Shown: one piece after another, positions 15,140 to 30,200 of the stretch
Layout: the number at the start of each line of letters is the position of its first letter
Position numbering within the stretch: position 1 is the stretch's first letter
Source of the DNA: Piromyces finnis finn
Lineage: Eukaryota; Fungi; Neocallimastigomycota
NCBI GenBank assembly: GCA_002104945.1
Contig: MCFH01000002.1
Location: 1,860,001 to 1,924,000, forward strand
Direction of reading: 5' to 3'
Length of the DNA: 64,000 nucleotides
The notes under the pieces: model-generated
Databases searched by the model: none
Seen by the model: the letters and a program-made list of their open reading frames with translations, nothing else
What the model was told of the DNA's origin: nothing
Position numbers and translations under genes: made by a program

Positions 15140-16565
15140 GTGTTAAAAAATAGTTAAAAATGGCTAAATTTATTCATTTATTAATAATAGTAATAAATTT
15201 CTTTACTACTATTGCTGCTATTATTGCTATTATTATTAATAATAAATTCTTTTACTACTACTACCTACTAATGTTAATAATAATAAATTCTATTACTATT
15301 ACTATTACTAATATTAGTACTATTTATTTTATTGAAAGAAAATTAAAATTATTAAAAATATAATATTTTAGTGTTAAAACCTTATTTTTTTATTTTTTTT
15401 TTAATTAAGTAGATTATTGAGGTTAAATTAGCAATAATAACTATATTTAAAATCAATATAAAATATAGGTTTTTAAAATCATCATAATTTTAATAATATT
15501 ACCATATTACATATTTTAAAAAAAGGAAAATAAAAAAAGAAAAAAATGTTTAAATTTATAATTATTAGGATACCATCCTTATTAAAGGAAAATTAAAATA
15601 TTAAAATAAAAAATTTTATTAAACAAAATTATAATATAACAAATAAATACATAAATAAATAAAAAATAAGATTAACCTATTACCAATACCAATATTAATA
15701 GTTAAATGTAAAGTTTATCAATTAAAAACAAAAATAAGACTTAATTTTATATAAAAATATTAAAGTATTTAATCAATCTATTTATATTTTATTTATATTA
15801 TTTATTTTTTTAGTTTTTTAATTGGTAAATATGAATATAAATTGTTAGAATTTTGGTTTTTTAATATTTACTTTATTTATTAATATTTTATTACAGATTT
15901 AAGTCAACAATTACATTTTTGTATTTATACTAAATTACATACATTATCAATACATTACATTATCTTAAATACATTTCACTAATTAATAAAGTTTATATTA
16001 AAATTTGAGATTTTATTGAATAATTAATTTTAGTAATTAATAAATCAATTTAAATAATTCTAATGGATTAATATTTTGTTATAAAAAAATTATTAAAAAA
16101 AAATAAGGTATAAATATTTATAAATATTATCTACACTAAATATATTATATAAATATTTTTGAAATCGTAAAGTTATATAATTTTAAGTATAAAACTTTTT
16201 TAATTCTATAGTATTATAGTGCTAATGAAGGAAATAAATTTTATTGATATATATATATAAAATATATAAAATAGTGAAAAGTATTTTATTATTAATATAT
16301 AATTAAAAATATTAAAAAAATATAATAAAAATATCTAATTCATGAACTTTATTTGAATAATACTAAATAATTATGAATAATTAATAACCTCTTTCTTTTA
16401 TTAATAAATATGATTTTTATAATGAACAACTTTATGTGTTAAAAAGTAGAATTTAATTTATTATTAGGATAATTTCAACGTAATTAACATTTTATTATAA
16501 TAAATGAGTAAATTAATTTTATTATATTTTTTTTTATTAACAAACAACAACAACAACAAAAGTTT

Positions 16566-16758
16566 AAATATTTAAATTACAATAAATAGCAAATAAAAAT
16601 ATACAACTATTCCTCTATTACAACGTTTCTTTTTCTTTTAATAATATATATATTTTTTTTAAATATTTAAATTACAATAAATAACAAATAAAAATGTACA
16701 ACTATTCCTCTATTACAACGCTTCTTTTTCTTTTAATAATATATATATATATATTTTT
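16566..16758. repeat. Tandem duplication, ~95-bp unit x2
   Basis: aaatatttaaattacaataaat...caactattcctctattacaacg occurs at 16566 and 16661 with few substitutions. Confidence 0.85.
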
Positions 16759-18535
16759 TTTAACTTTAAATAATTTATTATTATTTTGTTATTTAGTGAT
16801 GTTCATAATTGAGAGAAACATCATCTTTAAATTCAATTTATCCTACCTGTTTTATTGCTATTTTGTTAATGAAAATAACATTTTAAAAATTTATATACAT
16901 ACATATATATGTATATATAAATTTTTAACTTATTTAAGAAAGAATTAATACAAAATATATTTAATATCCATTATTTTAACATTAGAGTTATTATTATTTG
17001 TAGAAATGACTAAATGACTAATATATATAATTAAATAAATTCATTTTATATATTAATAAATAAAATAATGTTTAATAGGTTTAATGGATCAAATCCTTAT
17101 TAGAGGATGCCTTTAACTATTTATAGAAATAATTAAATTTATATTATTATTAATTACTTAATAAATACATATTTTATAAACAAATATGGTAAATAATAAA
17201 AAAAAAAAGAATGATACTATTAATTTGAATTTAGTACTGTTAAAATTAAAACTGTACTAATTAATCAAACCATATATTTCTTTATACATAAACTTTATAA
17301 TTCATTACTAATTTATTATTATAAAATAATATATTATAATGTAATAAAATATTAAATATATTGAACTATTTTCCTATTGATATCAATTTTATATTTGTAA
17401 AATGTAGTTATTCATAATGCCTTATTTCTATTTTTTTTTTCTGAATAAAAAATAAATTTTTAATGAAGCGAATATATTTAGTAAAGTAATATTACAATCA
17501 TTATTATAGTTACTAAGAATAGATTGTCTTTTTATATTTAATAATCATTTGCAACTTTTTTTCAAGATAAAGGTAATATAGAAATGATTTAAATTGTCTC
17601 TTAACAAAATATATTTTTATTATTTTAATTGTTCTATCAATATCAATAATATAAAAAAAGAAACTATAAATATTTAGCAAAAACATATCAAATATTCACA
17701 AAAAACCCTTTTATCTCATCATCTATTTAAATATCTATTAAAACAACTACTACTAAAATTTAGTTAGCTTATAGCATTGGATTATTTTTCACCTTTTTAG
17801 TAAATAATAAAAATGATAATAATAATAATTAAATTCATCTAAATAATCCAAACAATCTGGATTCCAATTTTTTTTTTAATTACAATGAATAGATAAGTCA
17901 CTAAAAATAGTATTTTATAAAATTTTCATCTCAGATAAAATTTAAAAAAATACAATTAATTAATGTAATACAACAAACCTTATTAATTAATATTCTGCCA
18001 TTACATTATGGAAAGCTTAATTTCATTATGTAACATTAAACCAAACTAGAAAAAAAAGGAAGAATTAAATAATATGTCAATAAAACTATTTCTATTGGTT
18101 TATGTTTTTATTTATTATCATTATTAAATTGGAAATATATTTAGTAATTTATAATAATTCTATTATTAATATATAAATTAAATAATATTATATTAAATTT
18201 CAAAGCATTTTTTATAAAAAAGTTAATCATATTTATATATTATTAATTATATATGTAATATATTACTAAATGATTATTTTAAATATCTTTATTAGATCAT
18301 ATACTATGAGTAAATTTAATTTTCACTATAATACATTATTCATTATATTATTTTATTGGTTGAGATTTCATACAAAACAGCTACATTACAAATAATTTAG
18401 GTTTTCTTTTGAAATGCCTGGAAGTCATGGATAAATAATTCAATGTTTTAATTATTTTTTCATCAGTATTCCACTTATGGACGTTGTGTTATTATTTAAA
18501 AAAATATCGCTTATTCAATAGGCAATAGTCTTTTT

Positions 18536-18717
18536 TATTATTATTATTAATGATGAATTAGTTGTATAATAAAAATGTATAGAATAAAACTTTAATTTTT
18601 TTTTTTCCTTGACTATGATGAAATATTTATTATTATTATTAATGATGAATTAGTTGTATAATAAAAATGTATAGAATAAAACTTTAATTTTTTTTTTTCC
18701 TTGACTATGATGAAATA
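18536..18717. repeat. Tandem duplication, ~92-bp unit x2
   Basis: ttaatgatgaattagttgtataat...ccttgactatgatgaaata occurs at 18547 and 18639, essentially identical. Confidence 0.9.
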
Positions 18718-19728
18718 AAGTTAATTTTTATAATAAAAAAACATTACTACATTGTTAGCTATCTTTATGATGATTCGTCAAAATTTTTTGAATTATAAAA
18801 TAAAAAAATTATCAATTAAACTTTATTCTATGAATAGAATTAATTTAAATAAAGTTAATATATATTTAAATTAATTAATTCAAATGAAGTTTTGCCTTTA
18901 ATTAAAATAGGATTTCAATGATAGTAAATAAGTGAATGATAAATAAATAATAATATATTATTTAGTAATATATCATTATATAAGAAACAACAAATAATAT
19001 ATAATAAATAAATAAATAATGTATATATATAATAAAAATAATTATTTAATAATGTTGACGATGTAATAATACTCTAATTACATTATTTAAATTATAATAT
19101 ATTAACAATAATAAATTGATCTATTAATATATTAGTATTATATATTATACTATTATACTATATATTTGAAATTCTTTTCAACTAATTTATATGTTTTTTT
19201 TTCCATTTCAATTTTCATAAGAAACAGTTATAAACCTTAAATAGTATTATTAATACCATGTGCTATTTCTACATAATATCAAATTTTTGTTTTTACATAT
19301 GATACATTTGTTATTAAATTTACTATACTATTTTCTATCAATAAATGTAACATAATATCCACACCTATTAATATAAATTGAAAAAAAGAAAAAAAGATCA
19401 ATCGGAATAGTGTTAAAAAAAAGAAGACATTTTTTTATTATTAAAAAATTATACTATACTTGTCACCTTTAGAGACAAAAAAAAAGAAATAAAAAATAAA
19501 AAAAAATTGTCATATTTTTTTAAAAGTTTTCGTGTAACCTTAAATAGAAAATGTTAAATTTATTTTTAGATCTTAAATATTTAAAAAATTTAAAATTGAA
19601 AAGTGTTTTAGGTGGTCCATTTTTAATACTAAATATTAAAATAGTTATAAATAATATCTTTTTAATTTTCGTATTATTAAAAATAAAACACAAAAAAAAA
19701 TTTTTTTAATATACATAAAAGTTTCACA

Positions 19729-19763
<35 letters not shown>

Positions 19764-21803
19764 CATACAATTTGTCTACACTTGTTATAAAAATAAAAAA
19801 TTTTTATTTTTTATTTTTCAATATTTTAATTAATGTATTTAATTTTATGTTTCTATTTATATGTTTCAATTTCGTTCTATTTTTTTTTTTTAATATCCAT
19901 AAAATTATTTTGATTTTTATACAACCACTTATTATTAAGTTTTTTTTTTATGAGAAGAAAACTTTATGCAATTAATCATCTTTAAACAAAGATATATATA
20001 TATTATATGATTTTCATTTTTTATTTTTATGTTTGATATTTATCTTTTTTATAAATATTTACAAATAAATTATTATCGAGATTTTTAAAAAATCTTTTTA
20101 TATTTATGCAATGGATTCTTTTTTTTTTAAAGTTTAACGAATGAATGATTAGAAGCTAATCTAATTAATTGTTTTAAGTATTATTTGATATTTCATCTAT
20201 TTTAATAAAATGAAATGACAACATTTAAATAGTCAACAAATAAAAAAAGTTTTATGTGTATACTATATTGAACACATCCCATCCAACAATACTATTAAAC
20301 ATGTCCTATCCAACAAATTCAATGATTGAAAATTTAATTATTTTTTATATCTTAAAAGTAATTTGAAAATGTAGAGCATGTATGAATTGACTTATGAATT
20401 GATAATAATTTCATTGTATTTCTTTTCTGAATGTAAAAACGAAAAATTTGAAAAAATCAATCTTTTATTTCTATTTTCTAATAAATATATAAAATTATTA
20501 TTATTTTTTTTGAATATGAAAAAGTGATAATCCAATCTTAAAAAAAAAAGTTTGAGCTAAAAAAATTGAAATTGAAATTAATAAAAATCATAAATGTTTA
20601 ATATGAATTAAAAAAAAAGAATAGTTCTATCAATTTTATTATAAAGATTTTTATATATTATATAAATGCCATTAAATAAACAAGTAATAACTTAAAAGTT
20701 ATGTTTTTTTTTTTTACTTTATATTTTTTGTTATATTAAATCATTTAACACTTTTTTTCATCTTCATCTTTTTATTGATTATCTTAGTTTGTATTTTATT
20801 ATTTTATTAGTCCGCATCTTAAATTACATTAATGTAATAAAACATTGTAATTGATCTTGAAAATAAATTAATTGTAATATAAGTAACTATTTAAAATCAA
20901 TTTAAATATTAACTACTTTACTTTATATTAATGTTATCATATAAGATGAATTAAATTTAATATATTAGATAATATTATAAAATGAAAATTATTATTTATT
21001 AAATTCATATAAACGTATATATTTTTTTATAAATAAAAGTATAAATAAAATTGATTTCAATTAAAATTATTTATATGTTATTACTTATAATTAAAATATA
21101 TTACTATTTTTAGATATTATATTGGTGTTTTAACTTTGTTTATTTAAATTCAATATATATCAATTAATTTTATTTTAAATAACATATAATAAAATTAGTA
21201 ATATACAATATATTGGATTAAAGTTTATTATGCTTACAAATACCAAAATTAAATTAAATTTAATAATAATATACAAAAATTTTAATATATGGTATTTTAA
21301 TAATATCTTATCATTATATATTATACTTATATATTATAATAAACCATACAACAAATTATGAATATATTATAATACAATAACTTTTTTTTTTTTTAATTTT
21401 TTAATTCTTGGAATATATATATAAATATATATATAAATAACTATTTTTTTTTTTTTTGAAGATTTTAATCAATTTAAATTTAATGAAAATTATAAAAAAA
21501 AAAAAAAAATCTTTATAGATATATTGTAAATGATTATTTAAAAAAAAAGGAAGGAAATATTTATAAATTAATATTTTATAAATATTAATATTTTTAATAT
21601 TTTAAGAAACAAAGCAAATTAGCAAAGAGAAAGAAAGAAAAACATTATATGTTCACATTTAAAGATATCCATAAAATAAAAATTAAACACAAGATATAAA
21701 AATTAATTTTATAGATACAAATCATATCTTTTTTATACCCCAAAATAAAAAGCATATATTATATAAATATAAATATAAATATAAATATAAATATATAACA
21801 AGT

Positions 21804-24800
21804 ATGGTAATAAATCAAAAAGACAAAAAAAATATAAAAAGGTAAAATATCAATTTTAAATGAAAGAAGAAAAAATATATTTTAATAATATAAAATGTGA
21901 TTAATAATAATATAATAATTATTCATACAACATTTAAAGTAATAAAAAGCAAAATCAAACAAAAGAATCAAAGTCTCTTAGACTTTTGAAGGAAAGAAAA
22001 AGAAAGGCACAATTAAGAACAAATCCGGCATTATGTATATATTCAATATAATAAATTAAGAGTAACAAAAAACAGAAAATAAAAAATATTAATTTATTTA
22101 TTTAATTTTATTTGTAGCAATTTATGAATCTGGAAGAGAAAGAACTAAAAGAATTGTAAAAAAAGAATATCCATTAGTTAATATAAATAAACTTCCTTCA
22201 ATATTAAATAAAGGTAACGATGACATAGGAGTAGTATGGAAAAATACAAATAAAATTCAAACACATACTTTATTTAATTTGTCTAATTTACCTTGTAGAG
22301 AACCAGCATCAAAAAATGATATATTTTATTTTGTTGCTCCATTTAAAGAGCCAAATTCAATAAATGTATATGAAGAATTTAAAAAATGTAAATTAAATTT
22401 AGCAAAAGAAAATCAAAATAGATATGTTGATATAAAAGCAAAAATTGATAAATCAAAATTATTTAAATCAATTACCAATTCAAAATGTCAAATGGAAAAA
22501 AAAGCTGATCAAAGGTCAAATATTCCTTTATCATTTTTAAATACTTATGGTGGACAGGAACAAAGTCAAAAAACAATTAAAGATAAAACTTATCAAGAAT
22601 CTTTAAAGAATAATATTATTCCACTTATTTCGACTATTTCAACAAATCCTCTTACAAAAGATCGTATTATGACTGAAATGGGTTTTGGTAATATACCAAA
22701 AACAAATAACACATTACACAAGGTTAAAAAGAAGATTAATAAAAATAAAACAGGTATTTTAAAGACTGGTGAAAAATTATTAATGAATAAAAATATTTTC
22801 AATGATGATTTTGGAGCAATAATGAATGCTATACAACCTATTGATTCACTTATTTCTGCAAATCCAATGAACAAAAATAGTATGATGGGAAAGAAAAATA
22901 TGGATTTTCTTGATGATTCTTTAAATATAGTGAAAATGGAAGAAATGTTAATGAATGATGAAGCACAAAGTGCAACTACAAAAGAAGCTGATTTATTAAA
23001 TTTATTAAATATGAATGAGAATGTGGTGGATCAAAAGTTTGAAAATAGCCTTTTGAATGATCCTTTACTTTTCCCTTCATTAATGGATTTAGAAAGGGAT
23101 ATTGAATCGGAACCACCAAGACCATTACCTACAGTACCAAAACGTTGTTCAGGAACATTAGGTGATATTCTTGCTCCATTCAAGGTAGATTCATCTCCAA
23201 CAAAAGTAAAAATAGAGGATGATAAAATAAATAAAAATAGTTTTAGTTCATTTAATTGTTTTAATTTTGATGAAATGAAGTTACCAAAAATTGAATTACC
23301 GGAAAATATAGAAAGTTTAAATTCAAAGAATACTACCTTCAGATTTAATAATGATATTATAGATTCCGATATATTAAATAATGAAAACTTTTTAAATGAT
23401 GCTTTTGTAAAGAAGGAATATTCATCAGAGAACGCATTAAATAAAATGTTACAAGAAAGAAAAATGAATACTAGTAGTTTGAAAGATATAGCAAAATTTA
23501 GTACTACTTCTCCTACTTTAAATAAAGAAAAATCTGTAAAGCTAGAAGGAAATACCAAAATGGATCAACTCTATTCCTTAAATGAATTTGATTTTAATAA
23601 GGTTAAGAAAGAAGGTATTGATAATAATGTTCAAATTTCACCTTTATCCATAATAGATCAGATAAATCCTGGTTTAATGGATGAAGCTATTTTTAACAAT
23701 ATTTTAGTAAATGAACCATTATTAGGTATGGATTCTTTACTAGATCAATCAACAAGCTCAAGTTCATCCAACAACAATTTAGCTAATCAACAATTAGCAA
23801 TTGATTGTTATAATAGTGAATTAAATTTTATTAATTCGTGTATACTTTCCAATAATCTTAATTTCTCCGATAACATTTTAAATAAGAATGATAAAGTATC
23901 ACAGTCCAATTTATTAAAGGACGATTTAGACTTTTCTTCACCAAGAAAAGATTTTTCCTTCGGAACAATGAAAAATGACTTTGAATTTAATTTAAATACT
24001 ATCTCATGTAATGATCTTAAAACTAAAACTTTCCAAACCAGTTGTGCCAATAACATGTCAGTAAATTCTAATATTAGAGCAATTCCTGACTGGTATAATC
24101 AAGGCGATATTAATTTTTTGGATATTGATACTAATGATATTACAGATAAAATTCAAAACAGTTCACCACTTATTAAATCATTTGTTCCACCTATCAACAA
24201 TGGTGATGTTGATGAAAAGATGTTTAAGCAATTAACTGAATCAATGCTTCCAGATTTACAAAGAGAATTGTTAGATGATACCACTCAATTTGCATCATTA
24301 TTAGATACCAAGATTCAATTACCATTTATTGATGCAACGAATAATAAAAATTCACAAGAAGTTAAAGTTAAAACTAATCAAAAACAAGAAACATTTAGTT
24401 TAGATGAATTTTCGGCTGAAGATTTATCGGAAAATATTGTTAATGAGATTATAGATCGTTTAGCTAATGATGAAAAATTAAAGGATAAGACAAGTAAGTC
24501 CTGTTTTGCTGGAAAAAATATTCAAGATACTGGTAAAATGCTAAAGAGGATGTCGGAAGAAATAGACAGAATAATAAATGATCAGGAACAATTAGAAGCA
24601 AGTGAAAAGAAATGGAAAGAATGGCGTAAAGATATTTTAGATTATAATAAGGAAGCTCATCAATGGCTGAATGCCCGTATTGAATTTTATTCTCGCAGAA
24701 TCAACGAGTATAGAAAGGATTGGATTGAATACTGGATAAAGCGTTATTTAATGCAACAAAAGCAACAAACTAAGCCATTAAGTTATTATATAAATATTCC

Positions 24801-25533
24801 ACAGAGTTTACAATTTGTTTCCAGTCATTTCATAGATTCTGATAATACCACTACCACCACCACCACTACTACTACTACTACCACTACAACAATTACCACT
24901 ACCACTACAACAACCACAACAACCAATACCACTACTATTGAAAGTAAAAAAACCCCAGTAAAATCAGTGGTACGTGAAACCATTGAACAATTCAAAAAGA
25001 GCACAACATCATTAGTTATTCTTTTTGCAGATGTTGAAAGAGATCCACGTTTAGAGGTTATTGGTCGTACAATTGATGTTGCTAATAAAGGATTATTAAA
25101 TGATCTGAAGCTAATTGAAGAATACCATAAAAATTTATTAAATGAAAAGAAATTATTGTTAGAAAAGTATGATGTAGTTGATTCTTTAGAGATTATACCA
25201 TCTCATCTTATTAAATCTATTAGTAATATGGAAGATGAAATAAACATTAAAAATGAAGTTATTAAAGAAGAATTTAAAATTAGTAAAGGATATCAAAATT
25301 CTCAAGATGATTCTAAAGAATTATCCTCTGTGTTAATTGATGAATATGTTAAAACCCCATTCCAATCAAAAAGATTATTTATCTATGGTATCCCAAAAGA
25401 ATATCAATTAATGTTTAATGATAAAATGAAATCTCTTATATTTATTTTGGATAAATGTATTCAAGATAAGAAAGATTTATATGCTACGATAGAAGAAAAT
25501 AGAAAAAAATATTTCATTACAAATGAAATTTAA
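21804..25533 (+). CDS. Large hypothetical protein (~1180 aa), mostly low-complexity, with a Thr run and a Trp-containing helical segment near the C-terminus
   Basis: The ORF 22279..25533 is open upstream to an acceptor at 22117. Proposed exons 21804-21841, 21940-22034 and 22118-25533 are in compatible phases (MVINQKDKKNIKSNKKQ...RKAQLRTNPALSIYESGRER...). The first exon is tentative. No family recognised. Confidence 0.7.
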
Positions 25534-27290
25534 GTAAAAAAAAATTTTTTTCTCTTCTCCCCTCTTTTTTTTTTTTTTTTTTTTATTTTACCAGTAGTGT
25601 TTGATGAAATATATCTATATCTATATTCATCTTAAAAAATATTTAAAAATCTTGATTTCGATATTTCAATTTAATAAACGTTTTAATGCTTTTTTTTTTC
25701 TTTTTCTTTTTTATTCTATATATATATATATATTTTAATATTAAATATACCTTTTTTTTTTTTTTTTTATAAAACTAAAATTAATAATAATTATAATAAA
25801 AAGTTGATATACCAAAATATAAAATATATATATATATTTTATGTTATGTAAATATTTTTAACCTTTATAAATGTTAATATGAAATATTTTAAACTTTTTT
25901 ATTATATTAAATCATTTTTTTTATTTTATTAACGCTCAAAGCTATTCACACGAAAGAAAAAAAAAGAAAAAAAATGATAAATTTTGATAAATTATATATT
26001 AAATTTTTATACTATTTATTTTTAATTATTTAATTATTTATTTTTTATACTATATCTTATGTTATAATTCTATTTATTTATCTTAAATATTAATATATAC
26101 ATACATATATATTTCTTTATTTTAACACAAAAAACATTACAAACAATAAATACAATATATATATTTCAATAAAAAAAGATAATCAAAAAAGTAAAAAAAA
26201 AGTTAAAATTAAACAAAAGTATCTTTCTCCCTATCATCTATTTATCATTTATTTTAATTCAAAATCTATTATATATATTTTTTTGAAAGAATCAAAAAAT
26301 ATTGAAAGTGCATATTTTCTTTATGGTTTTTTTTCAATTTAAAATACACGTGATAAAATACTGATATAACAATTGATATAAGTTTCTTTTATGTTGTAGT
26401 AATTTAATATTAGTTTATTTATAATTTATTATATTAGGTGAAAAATATTTTATTACTATTAACTTCTCTCTTATTAATAATTTCACTTATAATATTTTCT
26501 TATTAATTATTAAAGCTCTTCCCTTTCTAATTATTAATTATTTTTACATGAATATTTTTATATTATAAAATTCCTATAATTGAATATCAATTATATAATG
26601 TAATGTATTCATAATATATGAATAATAATTAAATAGGATATAATATTATATATTTTACATTTTATATGAAATATTACTATATAAGGAAAGGTAATGTAAT
26701 ACAAATAAGTATTACAATAAAATTAATACTAATATATAATATTAATATTTAAGAATATAATGAAATATGTACATGAATTCTATAACTAATATATAAATAA
26801 TGTATTATAATATATATCAATTATTATATTATTATTATGAAATATTATATATAAATTTCTAAAGATGAAATTGAATATTTTAAATAATAAAAATTATTTT
26901 AAATATTGGCTAATATGTAGCTAGACATATTAATTTCATATCAGAAACTTCCCTGCTAGAATTGAGCTATAATTATTAATTATTTGATATAATTAAAATA
27001 ATTATATGCGAAATAATTTAATAAAATTTATATTGAAATATTTTTATAATTATATAAAAAAAAATTAAAAATTTTTATAAAAATTTTTATATTTAAAAAT
27101 TTTTTTTTTTTTTTTTTTTTTTGTTTTGTTTATATATATATGTATATATCTTTCTATTATTATTAATAATTAATATAATTATTAATCTACTAAGTTATCA
27201 ATCTTCCTCTTACTTATTATTATAATTATATACTTATATAGTTAGTATATATATATTTTAATACATTTATAATTTTATTTCATTTTATTT

Positions 27291-30200
27291 CTACTCCCTG
27301 AATGGTAATATATTTTTAAAATGGACATTTCTTTCTAAATATTGTCCCGTCAGTTCATCTTGTAATTTAGCTGTGTTCCAAGATATTTCTCTAATAATAA
27401 AAGGACCAATAAAATAGGGTTCTAACTTGTTTCTTTGTTGGTTCCTAATCTTTACCTTATCCCCTATTTTGTAGTTATTTTTATTGTTCATACTTTGTTG
27501 AGCTAATCTTCTACTTTTCCAATAATTTATCGTCCCTAGCATTTTACTGGCAGCTTGTTTTACCCATTTGGCGTGGTCTATAAATCTTTCCATTAATAAT
27601 TCTTCTATTGATCTTTCTTCTATACTTAATATTGAATTTCTTATATTTATATCAATTGGAATATTTTCTGATCTTCCATACAAGAGTTCAAAACTTGAAT
27701 AACCAGTAGAAACAGATTTACAAGTTCGAATAGCCCATAATGCAATTGGTAACAATACATCCCAGTTTTCATTGTTATCAGAGAAATTTCTTAATTGCTT
27801 ACCAATTTCTCTGTTTCTGTTTTCCACCAGTCCATTAGATTCCGGATGGTATGTACTAATGAAATGAATGTATACATCATAAAGATCTACAAATATTTTT
27901 GTGTACTCTGAAACAAATTGTACACCATTATCTGTTATTATTAATTGTGGAGTTCCATGCCTACTAAATACTTCAACTAAGAAATTAGTTACGTCTTGAG
28001 AAGTAGTAGTTCTAACTGGTTTTGCTTCCACCCATTTTGTAAAGTAATCCACACATACCATTATATATTTATTCCCAAGTGTGGTTTCTCTTAATGGACC
28101 TATAATATCAAGACCAAGTCTGACAAAGGGTGCTTCTACAGGAGTTCTAAACTTTTCTGTCGGCTTTGGTAATGGCTCAGATTTATTTAACTGACATATT
28201 TTACATAAGGAGACATATTTTTTTACATCAATGATTAAATTTTTCCAATAAAATTTGTTTTTGATTCTTTCATAAGTTTTCTGTACTCCTTCATGTCCAA
28301 TTCTATGCTCTTTTGCAATTATTTTAATTTTAGTGTAAGGGTCATCAATAATCTCCCTAAAATTATTATTATCCTTGAAATATAATTTATTGTCAATAGT
28401 GACAATTTTATCATTTAAAAATTTTTTCATAAAATCGGAAACAAATTTTTCGTTCTCCTCCTCGGTAAAATTGGAACTATTGGTTTTGTTGGAAATATCG
28501 ATATTATTGATATTATTATTATTATTATCATTATTATTATTATTATTATTAATTTCCAAATTATCCAAATTATTAGCAATAAGCTTATTAATGTTACTAT
28601 TATTCTCATCTTTATTATTATTGTCATTACCATCAGAAATAGTAGTGTTAACAATTAAATTCTCTTTCAAAGTTATTCTGGATAAAGCATCAGCAATTTT
28701 ATTAGCTTTTCCTGGTTGATAAATAATATTAACTTTTAATTGACTAAATTTATCACACCAGCGTTGATGTTTCTTTGTATTCGGTTCTCCTTTCTTAATG
28801 ATGGGAACTAAAGGTTCATGATCAGTATAAAGAATGGTTTGAAATGGATTCCCTAGAATATATGGTTCAAATTGTAAAAGACAATAATAAGCAGCAGTAC
28901 CTTCTAATTCAGTAGTGGTATAATTTTCTTCCGTTTTCTTAATACTTCTACTAACAAAATAAACTGGATGCTCAATATTGTCATCATATAACTGTAGTAA
29001 AACACCACCAATTCCATATCCACAAGCATCAGATCTAATTATAAAAGGAACATCAAATTTAGGAAAACAAAGAATTGGTGCATTAACTAGGCAATATATC
29101 AGATTTCTGAAACTTTGTTCTTGAATTTCTGTCCATTCATATTTAATTTTTTTCTTTAATAGTTTGCAAAGAGGAGCTGCAATAGCAGAATAATTTTCAA
29201 TAAAATTTCTGTAATAACTAGTCATACCTAAAAATGAACGTAGTTCAGAAATATCTCGTGGTGGGTTCATTTCTTTAATAGATGCGACTTTCTTTTCCAA
29301 AGGAAGTAAACCATCAATAGTAACCCGATGACCTAAAGCCTCTATTTCAAGTTGACAAAAAGAACATTTCTCAATATTTAACTTTAATTTGTTATTACGT
29401 AAAATAGTAAAAACTTTTCTTAAGTCATTAATATGATTTTCAAAACTAGGAGAATAAATAATAATATCATCTAAATATATTTGAACACATTCATTAATTA
29501 AATCGAAAAAGATACGATTCATTTCGCGCTGAAAAGTGGCAGGAGCATTAGTTAATCCAAAAGGCATAACTTTAAAATAATAGTTACCAAATTTAGTGGT
29601 AAAAGAAGTTTTATCCATATCTTCTTTGAACATAGGAATTTGATGATATCCACTAAATAAATCGATTGTTGAAAAGATTTTTGAATCTTTAAGTGAGTCA
29701 AAAATTTCTTTGATTTTAGGTAGGGCGTATGCATCTTTAACAGTTACATTATTTAATTTTCTAAAATCAATACAAAGGCGCCATTTTCCATTTTTCTTCT
29801 TAACCATAACCACTGGAGAAGCCCACGGAGAATGAGACGGTTCAATTAGACCTTTATTAATTAGTTTTTCTAATTCTTCTTTTAAACCTGATAATTGAAC
29901 TTGTGAAATATTATAAGCTTTTTGTTTAATAGGGCGCACATTATCCTCCAAAATAATGTGGTGTGGTAACAAATTTGATGGTTCCAAATCATCAGAAGAT
30001 ACAGCAATAACATCATTAAAATTTTTAAGAAGAGAACTAAATAAATTTTTATCAACATCGTTATCAACTTTGATATTAGAAATTATATTATTAATAATAT
30101 CCATTTTATTATTATTATTATTTTCTATTTTGTTAGGTCTATTTTCTTCAACTACAGCTAAAATAGTACTAGCGGTTATATCTTCATAATCAAAATAAAT

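Noticed and set aside
17720-18530. Slightly GC-richer patches that translate into short peptide-like runs on the minus strand
   Set aside because: No recognisable motif and no consistent splice pattern. May be decayed coding DNA but cannot be supported.
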